From: Acutalibacteraceae bacterium
Lineage (GTDB): Bacteria; Bacillota; Clostridia; Oscillospirales; Acutalibacteraceae
DNA length: 64,000 nucleotides
NCBI GenBank assembly: GCA_045533065.1
Contig: JAZSHC010000023.1
Location: forward strand, 15,332-79,331
Reading direction: 5' to 3'
In this document: piece by piece, positions 29,501 to 41,500 of the stretch
Layout of the letters: every line of letters starts with the position of its first letter
How positions within the stretch are numbered: position 1 is the stretch's first letter
Program-made: the position numbers and the translations under genes
Notes under the pieces: model-generated
Told to the model about the DNA's origin: nothing
The model's database searches: none
The model's input: only the letters and a program-made list of their open reading frames with translations

Positions 29501-32500
29501 TACGGGAGCAATAAGGTTGGAAACGATTGTTGTAAGACCGTTCTTGCTTATTGTGTGTGAAAGTGAACCGAGAAGGTTGAGAACGAAGTCAATCGGAGTG
29601 TCAAGACCACTTACAACATACTTAAGAAGAGTCTCAAGGATGTAGCCGAGTGCGCCCTTAGTTTCGATTGTTTCTTCATATTCAGCCTGAGTGAGAAGAC
29701 CGTCATCTTCTGTCATGCCGAGAGCTTCCATGAGAGGAAGAATTGCATAGTTGTAGCCTGAGCCGCCCATAATCTTGATTTCATCAAATACGCTGAGGCT
29801 GTCTCCGTATGCGGGAACATCAGGATTGAATTCATATACACCGCCTGCAAGGAGAACCTCAAGGATGAAGTCAACAGGTGTAAGGAATGCTGTGAGGATG
29901 CTTACAAACTTTTCAATCTTCTTATCGATTGAGGTTTCGTCTGCAATGCCCCATTCGTGGTCAACAACAACCTTTGTTGCCTGAACGTCTGTGTAAACAG
30001 GTTCTGCATCATATTCCTTAGTTGTGCCGTTTTCACCGCTAATCTTAACCTTAACGCTGCCGTCCTTAGCAACAGTTACGGAGGATGCATCTACAACACC
30101 GAGCTTGAGTGTGAAGCTACCCATATCAATCATGTAGTACGGGTTGCCTTCCGGTGATGTTTCCTGAACGTATGCAGGTTCAACTGCATAAACGATTGCA
30201 TCGTTGCCTTCGCCTACGGTTACTTCGTGTTCGTCTGCTGTGTCAAGATATACAGTTACAACTTCGTCTGTTGAGCCTTCAACTGAAGCGTCAGCAGGAA
30301 TTGTGTAGGTGTATGCATACTTGGTATACATATCAACTACATCTGCCCATGTTTCAGCATCGCCGAAGAAGTCTTCAAGAATTTCGATATCCTTATAGGA
30401 TTCAACGTCAATCTTGATATCTTCGCCGAGAGCTTTTTCAACAAGGTTGATGATATCGTTTGCAGATTCGTTAAGACCACCGAGAAGTGATACGAGAAGA
30501 CCTGCGATTGTGTTAGCAATGTCATCTGTAAGAACGAAGTCTGCCACAAGATCCTGAAGTGAGCCTTCAAGACCTACGAGAGGAAGAATTTCTTTGATGA
30601 GTTTGTCAAGGTTCGTGATAGCCTTCTGTGTTGTTGCCTTGGATACTGAGTGAACTTCTGATTCATAGAGAACCTGAATCTTCTTAAGTGCAACTTCAGG
30701 ATCTTCAATTGCAAAGTATTCAACAACATAGTCAGCTGTGAGAGTCTGAAGGAATTCGATAACGCCTGCAACTGCGCCTTCCTTTGAAAGCTCAGCGATG
30801 ATCATGTTAATGATGGCATCTGCGTTTTCCTTATCCTCAAATGCGGGAAGAACTTCTTCAATTGCGAAGGTCAGAAGACCGTCAACGAAGTATGCTCTTG
30901 AGCCTACAACTGTTGTAAGCTTGCCCTTAACGCCTTCTGCTTCGAGGTCAGTAATAATGTTGCCGTTCTTGTCAACATAATTGCCGTTGCCGTCAATAAC
31001 AGCGGAGTTAGCTGAGGATCTGAGTGAATCGATAACTGCGTAATCACCGATGAGTGCAACAAGCTTCTGAAGCATTTCAGGTGTGATTTCGAGGTCGATA
31101 TTGTTATCTGCGAGAAGCTTGTTGATTGTTTCAAGAAGCTTTTCGAGCTTGAGAATGCTGAGGTCAAGACCAAGAAGACCGAGAAGGTCATCAGTACCTG
31201 TTACAGGTGCTACTACCTTGAACAAGCCGTTAGCAAGTGCAAGTACGTTGTCAACAAGGTCAGCAACGTTGTCACTTACAAGGAAGTAGAGAAGACCTGC
31301 AAGGTGGTCAGCAAGGAAGGTTACGGGACCTGACTTGAGACCGTCAACAAGAGCCATAATGATATTTACAACTGCACCGAGAATATCTTCGATGTTATTG
31401 TAACCATTGAATGTTTCGCCTGAAGGAATCTTAGCGGAAAGCTCTGCATTGTTCTTGATGTCGCCGAAGATAGCTTCAGCAAGAGCAAGGAGACCTTCTT
31501 CATAGCCCTTTGAACCGCGGATTTCGATATAACCGTCACCCATGATTACGCCGGAAGTGATTTCTTCTGCTCTGTCATCGTTATCCTTTGCGCCTGCTAC
31601 GTCAGCATCAAAGTCACCGACATATTCGCCATTGGATGAGAGAAGAGTGAGAGTCTTGCCCTGAAGAACAAGCTGGAGAACTTCTGCTACGGGTTCAATA
31701 AGAACTGTGAATGCATCGATGAGAGCATTGAGCTTATCATCTGAATCCTTAATACCAAAGCTGAGTGATTCGTCAACCTTGATAGCGGTTGCATGCTTAG
31801 TGCCTGTAACCTTACCGTCAGCGTCCTTGATTTCTTCAATCTTGGCCTTAAGGTCATAGCTTGTTCCGTCAATTTCTACTGATGTGTTATCAAGCTTAGC
31901 ATCGGTTGAGTAGTATGTGCCGAGAACAGCTTCCTTATCAGCGGTTGCTGCTTCGATTTCGTAAGTGTATACATACTTGGTGTTGTTTGCAGCAACTTCT
32001 GCCCATGTGTCGGCTGTGCCGATGATAGCTGTTACTGCTGCAACTGCCTGTGCATACTTATCCTTATTTTCAAAGTGCTTCTGAATCTGTTCGAGGTATT
32101 CGTCAGCTGTGAGCTTGTGGTCACCAATCTTGATAAGGTCAAGAACCATATCGATTGTTTCGTTACCGAGAACGCCTACAAGCATTTCAACAACGCCACG
32201 TACCATGTCGTCAGTCAGGAAGGATTCAATGAGTGCATCGAGAACCTTACCGATTGAGGTTTCGGTTGTAGTTGTTGTGGGATCAAAGCCTTCAAGTGAA
32301 GAGCTGAGAATATCCATAAGTGAGCCTTCTTCAACATTTTCACCTGCAAGAAGCGGGAGAACTGCGGGAAGAGCCTTATTGATAAGATCGTCGAGAGTTA
32401 CAGGGATATCAGCAGCCTCAGTCTGAGTGCTGTGGTCGATATCAATGTAAATACCGTTGAGCTCAGCATATTCTACCTTATAACCTTCGAAGAGTGAAAC

Positions 32501-35500
32501 AAGGATTTCAGTAATTGTGAGACCGTTGTTTTCACCGTTGATGAGGTTCATAAGAAGTGTTGCAACGATATCCTTCTTGTCAGCTGTACCGTCAACCTTA
32601 ACGTCCATAAGACCTGCAACTTCTGTAAGAAGCTGTTCTGTAAGAACGTTTTCAAGAAGGTATACAAGTGAATCTGCAATATCAACTGAGAATGTATCAA
32701 CAACATAACGTGTGCCGCGAAGCTTGAGGTATTCAGCATCTCTTTCTTCGTTATAGTCAGCCTGTGCAAGCTTGATTACGTCGCCGACTTCACCGTACTT
32801 ACTGCCGTCCTTGATAACCTCAAGTTCGTAGTAGGTCTTAGCATCTGCTGACTTAACGCCTGCATCAACTGCATAAGCCACATATTCTGAGAAGAAGTTT
32901 GCAGGAAGAATTTCAACTACTTCTGCGGTTACGCCATCAGGAGTCTTAACAAGTATACCTGTGAGAATCTTGTTGAGGATAGCAACAAGGTTGCTGCCGT
33001 CTGAACCTGCAATCTGAAGAATCTGATCGAGGGTATACTTCTTGTATTCTTCGCCCTTATCGTTTGTATCGATTATATACTCTGCGTCTGCAGGCATGTA
33101 TTCACCGATCATCGGGCTGAGGAGACCGCCGAGAAGGTCGTCAAGAAGAGCGCCTACTGCGGGTTCAGCAACATCGAGAAGTGCGAATACGGGTGAAACG
33201 AGATTCTTGATGAAGAGCTCTACACCGTTTGAAGAAATGAAGTATGAAAGTGAGGGAAGAAGTGTGAGGATGTATTCAAGAGGACCTGCTGAAAGGTTTT
33301 CAACAATGTTGTATACACCGTCAACAATAGCGCTGAGAGTAAGTGCGGTGTTGATACCGTCACTGTATTCCTTAGCTGTTGTGAGAGGATTGCTTGCTAC
33401 CTGGTCAGCTGCAAGAGCCTTAAGCAGCGGAAGAAGTGCATACTGATAGCCCTTACCGCCCTTGATTGTGATAGCATCAACCTTCTTACCGTCGATTGTT
33501 GAAGAGATAGTGATATCTGTGCCGTGGAACAGGAAGTTGATTACGGGTTCAACAGCCTTAACGATACCGTAAAGCTCGCCTATGAACTTATCCTTCTTCT
33601 GTTCGAAGGTAAGACCGTCAGCTTCAAGACCCCAATCAAAGGTTCTTGCGCCAAGAACCTTCATGCCTGCTTCAACATAAGCCTTTTCAACGTCAACAAC
33701 TACATCCTTGCCTTCGATTGCAACAGTTGCTGTGTCAGCTGCTTCTGTTGCAAGGTATACTGTGCCGCTGTAGCTCTTTTCTTCGTTTACGTCCTTAGTT
33801 TCAGGATCGTCTGCTACGGAGTATGTCCAGTTGAAGCCATACTTGCCTTCGCTCATCATACGTGCAAGTTCAGGTCTACCACCTTCGTGTGCTCTCCAGA
33901 TGATTTCACCGTCAGCATCTGTTGCGATAGCATAAGTGTAAAGAACTACTTCCTTAGTTGTGTCATCATCAAGAGTGATAGTCTGCTTGCTTTCGTTGTC
34001 ATATTTGTTACTGTCAAAGTACTGTTTGATTACATAAGTTGTTTCGTCATCTGTTGTTTCTTCTGTGTCTGCACCGGTTTCTACTGCGTCAATGTAATAA
34101 TATGCATAGTCGGAGTAGTAACCTGCGATGTCAGCCCATGTTGCATTACGTGTTGTTGCAACCATAGCACCGAGTTCATCTTCTTTGATTGTTGTGCGAG
34201 CAGCTTCTGTGCCGGTTATAGCATCATTGATGAACTTATAAAGTGCAGGTGATGATGTCTGAGCACCGTAAGCCACTGCTTCAGGCTGAAGATTTACATC
34301 GAGAAGCTGTGTAAGAACAGGTGAGAGTGAATCAATTGTGCCAGCGATGTCGCCGCCAAGAAGACCAACAATCATGCCAACGAGCATATCCATGGTCTTG
34401 TTGTTGAATGCAAGGTCTGTAAGGATTGCTTCAACAACCTTCTGCAATGTTACGCCTGTGTATCCGCCGTTTTCGTCCTTGAGTGAATCAAGGGCACCCT
34501 TGAGGAATTCAATTTCTTCAAGCATGGGAAGAAGTTCAGGAATAATACCGAGGATAGCCTGGTCGAGCTTCTTGATGGCACGTCTTACCTTACGTGCGGT
34601 AAGTGTTGAATCCGGAGTATAGGTCTCATAATTGTATGTCTTAGCATCAAATGAGAGATACTCAATGAGTGTGCCTTCAACATCGTAGTGATAGAAGTAG
34701 TTGAGAAGCACTTCAAGAATGTTGTATCTGTTGTCGCCGGTAATACCGTTGATAACAGTTGCAATTGTTTCATTCTTAGGATCGTCAAGGTCAACACCTG
34801 CAACCTTGAGGATGTCAAAGACAAGTCCGTCTTCTGCAAGAACGATTTCAGAGATAAGCTGTACAAGTGTATTTGCTCTTGTTGCAATTGCACCGTCAAC
34901 ATAACGCTTACCGCCTGCGGTTCTTGCGCCGAAGTAACGCATTGTTTCTACTTCGCCTGCTGCACAAAGCTTGGATGCAAGCTTGTTGAACAGACCGTCA
35001 AGGAAGCCGAGCTTTGTTGTGTCGTCAGTCTTATCTTCGGGAGTGCCCTTATCGTCCATAACAAGACCCATGATGAGATCTTCAAGACCTTCTGCTGTGA
35101 GAAGAGCCATAACGATTTCACCTGCTGTGTCTGTGCCTTCGGGAAGAGCTACGATATCCTTAAGAAGACCTGTGAGAAGCTCGTAAACATTAAGAGCTAC
35201 AAGAGGCTCTGTTCTGCCTTCAATGTTGATTTCCTTAGCTGCAATGTCATTAACCATGTCAATGAGAGTTACAAGAGGAGCGAGCATCTGCTCAACTGCC
35301 TGTGCAAGACCGTTGGAGGTAATGAAGTATACAAGCTGGGGAAGAAGGTCAACGATAGTCTGAACAGGTGAGGAAACTATCTTTGTGATAAGCTTTTCAA
35401 TGCCTGCAACAATGAAGTCTGCAAATTCTGCATCAGTGAGAGCTGCAACTTCATGCTTATCTTTTTCGATCTTAATTCCGAGCATTTCTGCAACAGGAAT

Positions 35501-38500
35501 TACGAAGCGGTCATAACCGTCGCCGGCGGAGATTGTAATACCGTCAAGGATTACGAGATCGCCATTTTCAAGGAACAGGAGCTGGAATACGGGTGCAAGC
35601 GGAGTGAGGATGTCACCAAGAAGTGCGAGAGCGTCGTCGTATGTCTTCACGCCGAAGCTGTCGGTACCTGTGAGCTTCACTTCGTACTTGTATTCGTAAA
35701 CAACTTTATTGTCTTCGGTCTTAACTACATAAGTGTCCTTAAGGGGTTCTTCAACAACCTCTTCACCGTCAGCGCCGGTTGTTTTTGCCGGTGTGCCGCC
35801 GGTTACATAGTATGTACCGAATTCGTTTGTAATTGTTGTTGCAGATGATTTGTATACGGGAATCTTGTTGCCGTCTTTATCTTCTGCATATACAGGGATG
35901 GGTTTATTTACTGAATCTGTGTTGTAAAGGTATGTGCCGTCATTTGCTGCAGCTTCATCCTTAACTTCCACATCATCTTCTGCATTGTCAGGTGTGTTGT
36001 TAACATCAACCTTGTATGTTACCTTATCGGTTTCAGCGTTGTATATGATCTTAGTCTTGTATTCTTCGTAAGCTTCTGCCCATGTGTCGCAGTCTTCAAA
36101 GACCTTAGCCACTGCGGGTGATGACTTCTTGAAGTAATCAAGAGTAAGGTTGATACCGCCGTTAACGCCGCCTGTAAGCTCGTAAACCATTGTAAGGATA
36201 TCGTCAAGCTTACCTGCACCGAAGAGGTTAACAAGAAGTGTGAAGATTGTTGTTGCAAGACCGTTCTTCATTTCGCCGGTTGTTTCATCAAGGGTGTCAA
36301 CAAAGAGTGACTTGATGAGGTTTTCAACAATATCTTCAAGTGAATCGCCTGAAAGGTCGAGTTCAAGATTTACACCGAAGGTGGGAAGAAGCTCACCAAC
36401 AAGAGGAAGCACGGCTGCGATGAGCTCGTCAAGCTTCTTGGGAAGTTCTTCAAGTTCATCCTTGTCAAGACCTGTTGTGCTCCAATAGGAAACTGTATCT
36501 TCGCCAACCTGAACATTCTGATCACTGGGAAGAACTGTGCCCATACCTGTGGGAGTCTGCACTCTTTCAGGTGCATATTCTACATCGTACCATGAGAGCA
36601 GGTCGATGAGAAGTCTTTCAAGAGCTTCACCGTCCATGAATACACCGTAAAGGAGTACGGGAAGGAGATAGTCTGTGTCAAGAACCTTATCTTCAGCGGG
36701 CTTCATATCTCTGAGAGCTTCGTCTGAGAAGTCGAAGTCACCGATAAGACCGGCAATGAGGTCACGTACACTTTCCTGGAAGAGGAGTGTGTCAAGAACT
36801 GCAAGAAGAACAGTTTCACGGTCTACATAGTAGTCAGTTACCTTTTCTGCAGTTACAACAGTGCTGAGGTTAATGTCAGTGCTGTTATATTCGGGAACTC
36901 TGATGGTAACGTAATCCTTACCGTCAGCATTCTTGAGACCTTCATCGTTATACCATGCACAGGATGCAAAAGTTGTAAACAGACGGTCGGAGATAATTTC
37001 GGAAAGAACAAGCTTCTTACCGTCGCCCATGTCAATGCTTACGCTCTCAATGATATCCCAGATGATATCCATGAATGTGAGCTTGCTTGTGTCGATACCG
37101 CTGTCAGTATCAAGAATATCGTTTTCATCAGCTGCAAGAGCGATGCCTGCATTTGCGTTAGCTTCTGCAGCTTCGTCAATCTGCTGTTCAACATATTCAG
37201 TTGCAGTGTCAACTGCGGGATCCTTCATACCTGCTGCAAGGCCCTGAAGAAGACCCTTGATGAGTCCCATGATGTCAAGATCGTAAACGTTCTTGATCAT
37301 GTCTGTAAGAGCAGTTACAGGTGAAAGAAGGTTGCCCACGATGGTATCAATACCGTTGCTTTCAAGGAATCTTGAAAGGTAGGGAAGGAGTGTTGCGAGA
37401 GTTGAGATAGGTCTGTCGCACAGTGAATCAACGAGTGCAAATACTGCATCGAGGAGTGACTGAAGGATAACCTTCTTCTCTCCGGGATATGCAACGTCAA
37501 TGCCGAGGTCGTCTGTTGTAGTGTAACCGTAAACAGCTGCTTCATATTCTGCCTGGCTTGCGTAATAGTTTGTAAGGTACTTACTGCCGTCGGCCTTTTC
37601 AAATACGGGTGCACCGAGAGCGTTGATAATGGGAAGAAGAACGCCGGAGTAACCGTCAAAGCCACGGATGTTGATTTCTTCGTAAATTGAAAGCTTTTCG
37701 CCTGTAAGGAATACTTCAAGAATGAGTGAAAGAGGATCAACAATAGCCCAAAGAACATCTACGAAGTTCTGGCGTGACTGTGTTCTTGCTGATTCAATTT
37801 CAGCTTCAGTTGCATTTTCTGCAACTTCAACAACGATGTTCCATTCAGCGTCAATCTTAACAGCTGTCTTCTGGCTGGTTGTATCGTCAACCATAACAGC
37901 AGTAAGAGTGAACTTCTGCTCTTCAGCATTTTCGTCTGAAGCGGGAATTACATACTCAGTCTTGCCTGCATCCTTGTGGAAGTAGGATGTTCTGTCATCA
38001 TCTTCCTTAGCAGCGTCAGATGCATAGTAGAAGTATTCATATTCGCCGTCTGCATTCTGAGCCTGCTTCTGGTTGTAAACAGGAATAAGAGTTACTTCCT
38101 TATCGTCTGCTTCGTCTTCTGTGCCCTTATAGTCAACAGTTGTGGTTGTTGCTGTTGCGGACTTATCGAAGTAAGAAGCGTAAACAGGTTCACCCTTATC
38201 GTTTGTAGCAGGTTCACCGTCTTCGTCAAGGGTCTGATACTTGTATTCATACTGCTTGTTAGCTTCAGCAATTTCAGCCCAAGTCATTGCAACGGTTTCG
38301 CCGTCAACTTCCTTGTTGATAAGAGAAGCGAGTACGGGATGGTTGTCTGCAAAGTTAGCGGGTGAAATGTCAATACCTGCAGCACTCTTGAGAATGTCTG
38401 TTACGATACCGATAATGTCACCGGTGCCTTCACTTGCAAGAAGGCCTACAAGCATACCGAGAAGGTTGTTGATAAGATCATCTGTGAAGAGAAGGTCTTC

Positions 38501-41500
38501 AAGAAGGCCGTTAACAGCTGTTTTGAGGTTGATGTCGTCTTCTTCTGTGAAGATACCGTAGAAGAGACCGCCTTCCTTAACAAGATCCTTCTTGAACAGG
38601 TTGAGAACTGTACCAACAAGCTTGTCAAGGTTATCAATTGCATAAGCTGTCTTCACACGTGAAATTTCAGAACCTGCATAGGTGCCTGCCTGAATTTCGG
38701 GAAGAATATCCTGATATGTCTTACCGTATTCATCGTAGAAGTCATAGTGATATTCTTCGATGGGGATAAGAGCTACGCTGTCAGCATCTGCAACGGTGTA
38801 CTCTGTGAAGAGTGCAACGATAAGGTCAACGATGCTGTCAGGGCTTGTAAATACGTTTGTAAGAAGTTCGTCGAGTAACTCTGCATCTGAGCCGTTTTCA
38901 TCTGTAAGATCATAGCCGAGAAGCGCACCGAGTACTTCCTTCAATGTTGTATTTTCGAAGATGAAGTCAAGGATAAACATGAACATGTCTTCCTTGGCTA
39001 CTGAAAGCTGACCGTTATATGCGTCAATCTTTACGTAGTTTTCGTAGGCTGCGGGGATATTGTGTGTTGTTCCGTTGGCATCTGTGTATGAATCACCGAA
39101 GGGATCACCGAGAGCTGCAATTGACTTGAGCCAATTTGTAGCAGCTGTAGCACGCATTGTTCTTGCCTGTTCAAGAACTTCTTCGTCGTCCGGATTTGCG
39201 TTGATCATAGCCCATGCCTGATTTTCAACATCACCGTCTATAAAGTATGTCAATGTACGTTCGAACTTTTCTTCGCTCTTCATGAGTGAAGTAAGGTCAA
39301 TCTTAATGTTTGCAACAAATGAGATAAGTGCCTGTGAGAAGTTGATACCTGTTGATTCAGCAGGCTGCTGAGTTGCAATAATCTTGCCGTTTTCATCGTA
39401 TGTGATTACGTCATAAACCTTGTTTTCGTCTTCATCAAGATAGTACTTGAAAATATCCTGGAAGGTGGTCCATGTGTTTGTACCAAGCATATCGATGATA
39501 CCTGCACCGAGGTCGTTAACATCAATGCAAAGAACGGGACCGAGTCTGTCAGTAAGAGCTGTAAGGAAGCTGAGAAGGTTTGAAAGAATCTCAGTTGCAC
39601 CGTCACTTGTGATAAAGTATGCAAGTGTGGGAAGTGCAGCCATAAGAGTTGAAATCGGGTATGTTGCAAGAATTTCAACGAAGTAAAGGATGTAGTTAAC
39701 AATAACCTTAAGGAAGATTTCCATGTTATAACCCTTGCTTGCATCGAATGTAATATCGCCTGCCTGCTCAGCAGCGAAGGACCATGCTGTTACATTACCC
39801 TGTGCATCAACCCATGTACCGAGTGAACGTCTCATACCGTCATTACCCTTAACAAGGTTGCCGGGGATGAGGTTTACGGTTGAACCGTAGATTTCCTTAC
39901 GTTCATTGTTGAGGGCTTCAAGCATTGTGATTTCTTTGCCGTCAACAACGATGGGTTTGCCTTCTGCATCTGTTGCTTTGGTTGTGTTGAGTGTGCCGAG
40001 GATAGCATCAAGACCGAAGCCTCTGAGAAGCGGAAGCATTGTGTCTTCATAGCCGTCCTGGCCTTCAATATTAAGTGTGTCAAAGAGCTTAACTGCTTTA
40101 TTTGAGTCTGCGCCGAAGAAGAGAGCTTCAAGAATGTCTTCAAGTCCGCCTATAACTTCCCAAAGGCAAGTGATAAAGTAGCTTACCTTGCCATAGAAGT
40201 GATCCTGGTAACCCTTGGATGCAACATCATCAAAGTTCCATGACCATGCGCCGGCAATTTTTTCTGTAGTATAGACTGCCTTAAGTGTATACTTTGTCCA
40301 GATTTCGTTACCGTTTTCGTCCTTTTTAATGATCTTGTCGCCGTTTTCGTCAACCTTTACGTTGCCGTTTTCGTCAACTTCGTAAACAGGATCTGCAAAG
40401 GTTTCAAGATTCTGATATGCGCTGAGATATTCAGCATCTTCACCGTCCAGAGTCTTATAAGTGTAAACGTACTTGCCGTCCTTAGTTTCCTGAACGTAGG
40501 TGCTTGCAAGGAGCTTCATTGTGGGCTTGTCAAGATCATCTTCTGTAATCTTGATTGTCTTGTCAGCATCCTCGTATGTGGGGTTGCCCTTAGCATCAAG
40601 AACATCCTTCTGAGCGTAAGCATACTTAGGCTGACCGTCAACCATTACAACGTTACCGTTCTTGTCATATTCATAAGCATGGTAACCGTGTGCAGCAGAG
40701 ATGTCTGCCCATGTGATGTCACGCTTTTCACCGTCAACAGCAATCTTTCCGTTTTCGTCAACAGCAAGGCCGTAGCCCATATACTGACGAAGACCGCTGT
40801 CATCTGCTGCATTTCTATATACTGTAGCAGCAGTAATGTCTATACCTGCTTCACTTACGATGGGAAGGAAGTCGCCGATTGAACCACCGAAGAGACCAAC
40901 AAGCAGGTTAACAATTGTTGTCATTGTTTCATCCTTGAATGCAAGGTTTTCAACAAGCTTTGTGAGAACTTCATAGAGTGTTGCACCGTCTGTGCCACCT
41001 TCAATACCAAGGCTTGAAAGGTCAAGGATACCCTGTGAAGTGAGAATTCCGATAACATCGGGAAGAGCCTTCTTAAGAACTGCGTCGAAGCTGTCAAGTG
41101 TGTCGGCAACTTCGGCCTTTGTGAAGAGAACATTACCGTTTTCGTCCTTAGTGATTGTTGACCAATCGTAAGGAACGTGCTCGATACCGTACTTCTGCAT
41201 GATATTCTCAATAACCTCGCCGGTTTCAGCGTCGGTTACCTTATCGTTCTTGTATCCTGCAATGCCCATCTTAGCATAGAACATCTTCATGCCCTTCTTA
41301 GGAACATAGTCTGTAAGAAGGTCAACAAGAATACCAACAATAATATCAGCACCGGTACCGTTATAATTACCGTTATCAAGTTCAACACGCTGTCTTGCGC
41401 GGTTTGAAATACCTTCAACAATTGAACGTACCTTTGCCCAGTCTGCAGTCATTTCATCTGTAACTTCTTCGCCCTCTTCAGCCTTTGCGTACCAGTTCAT

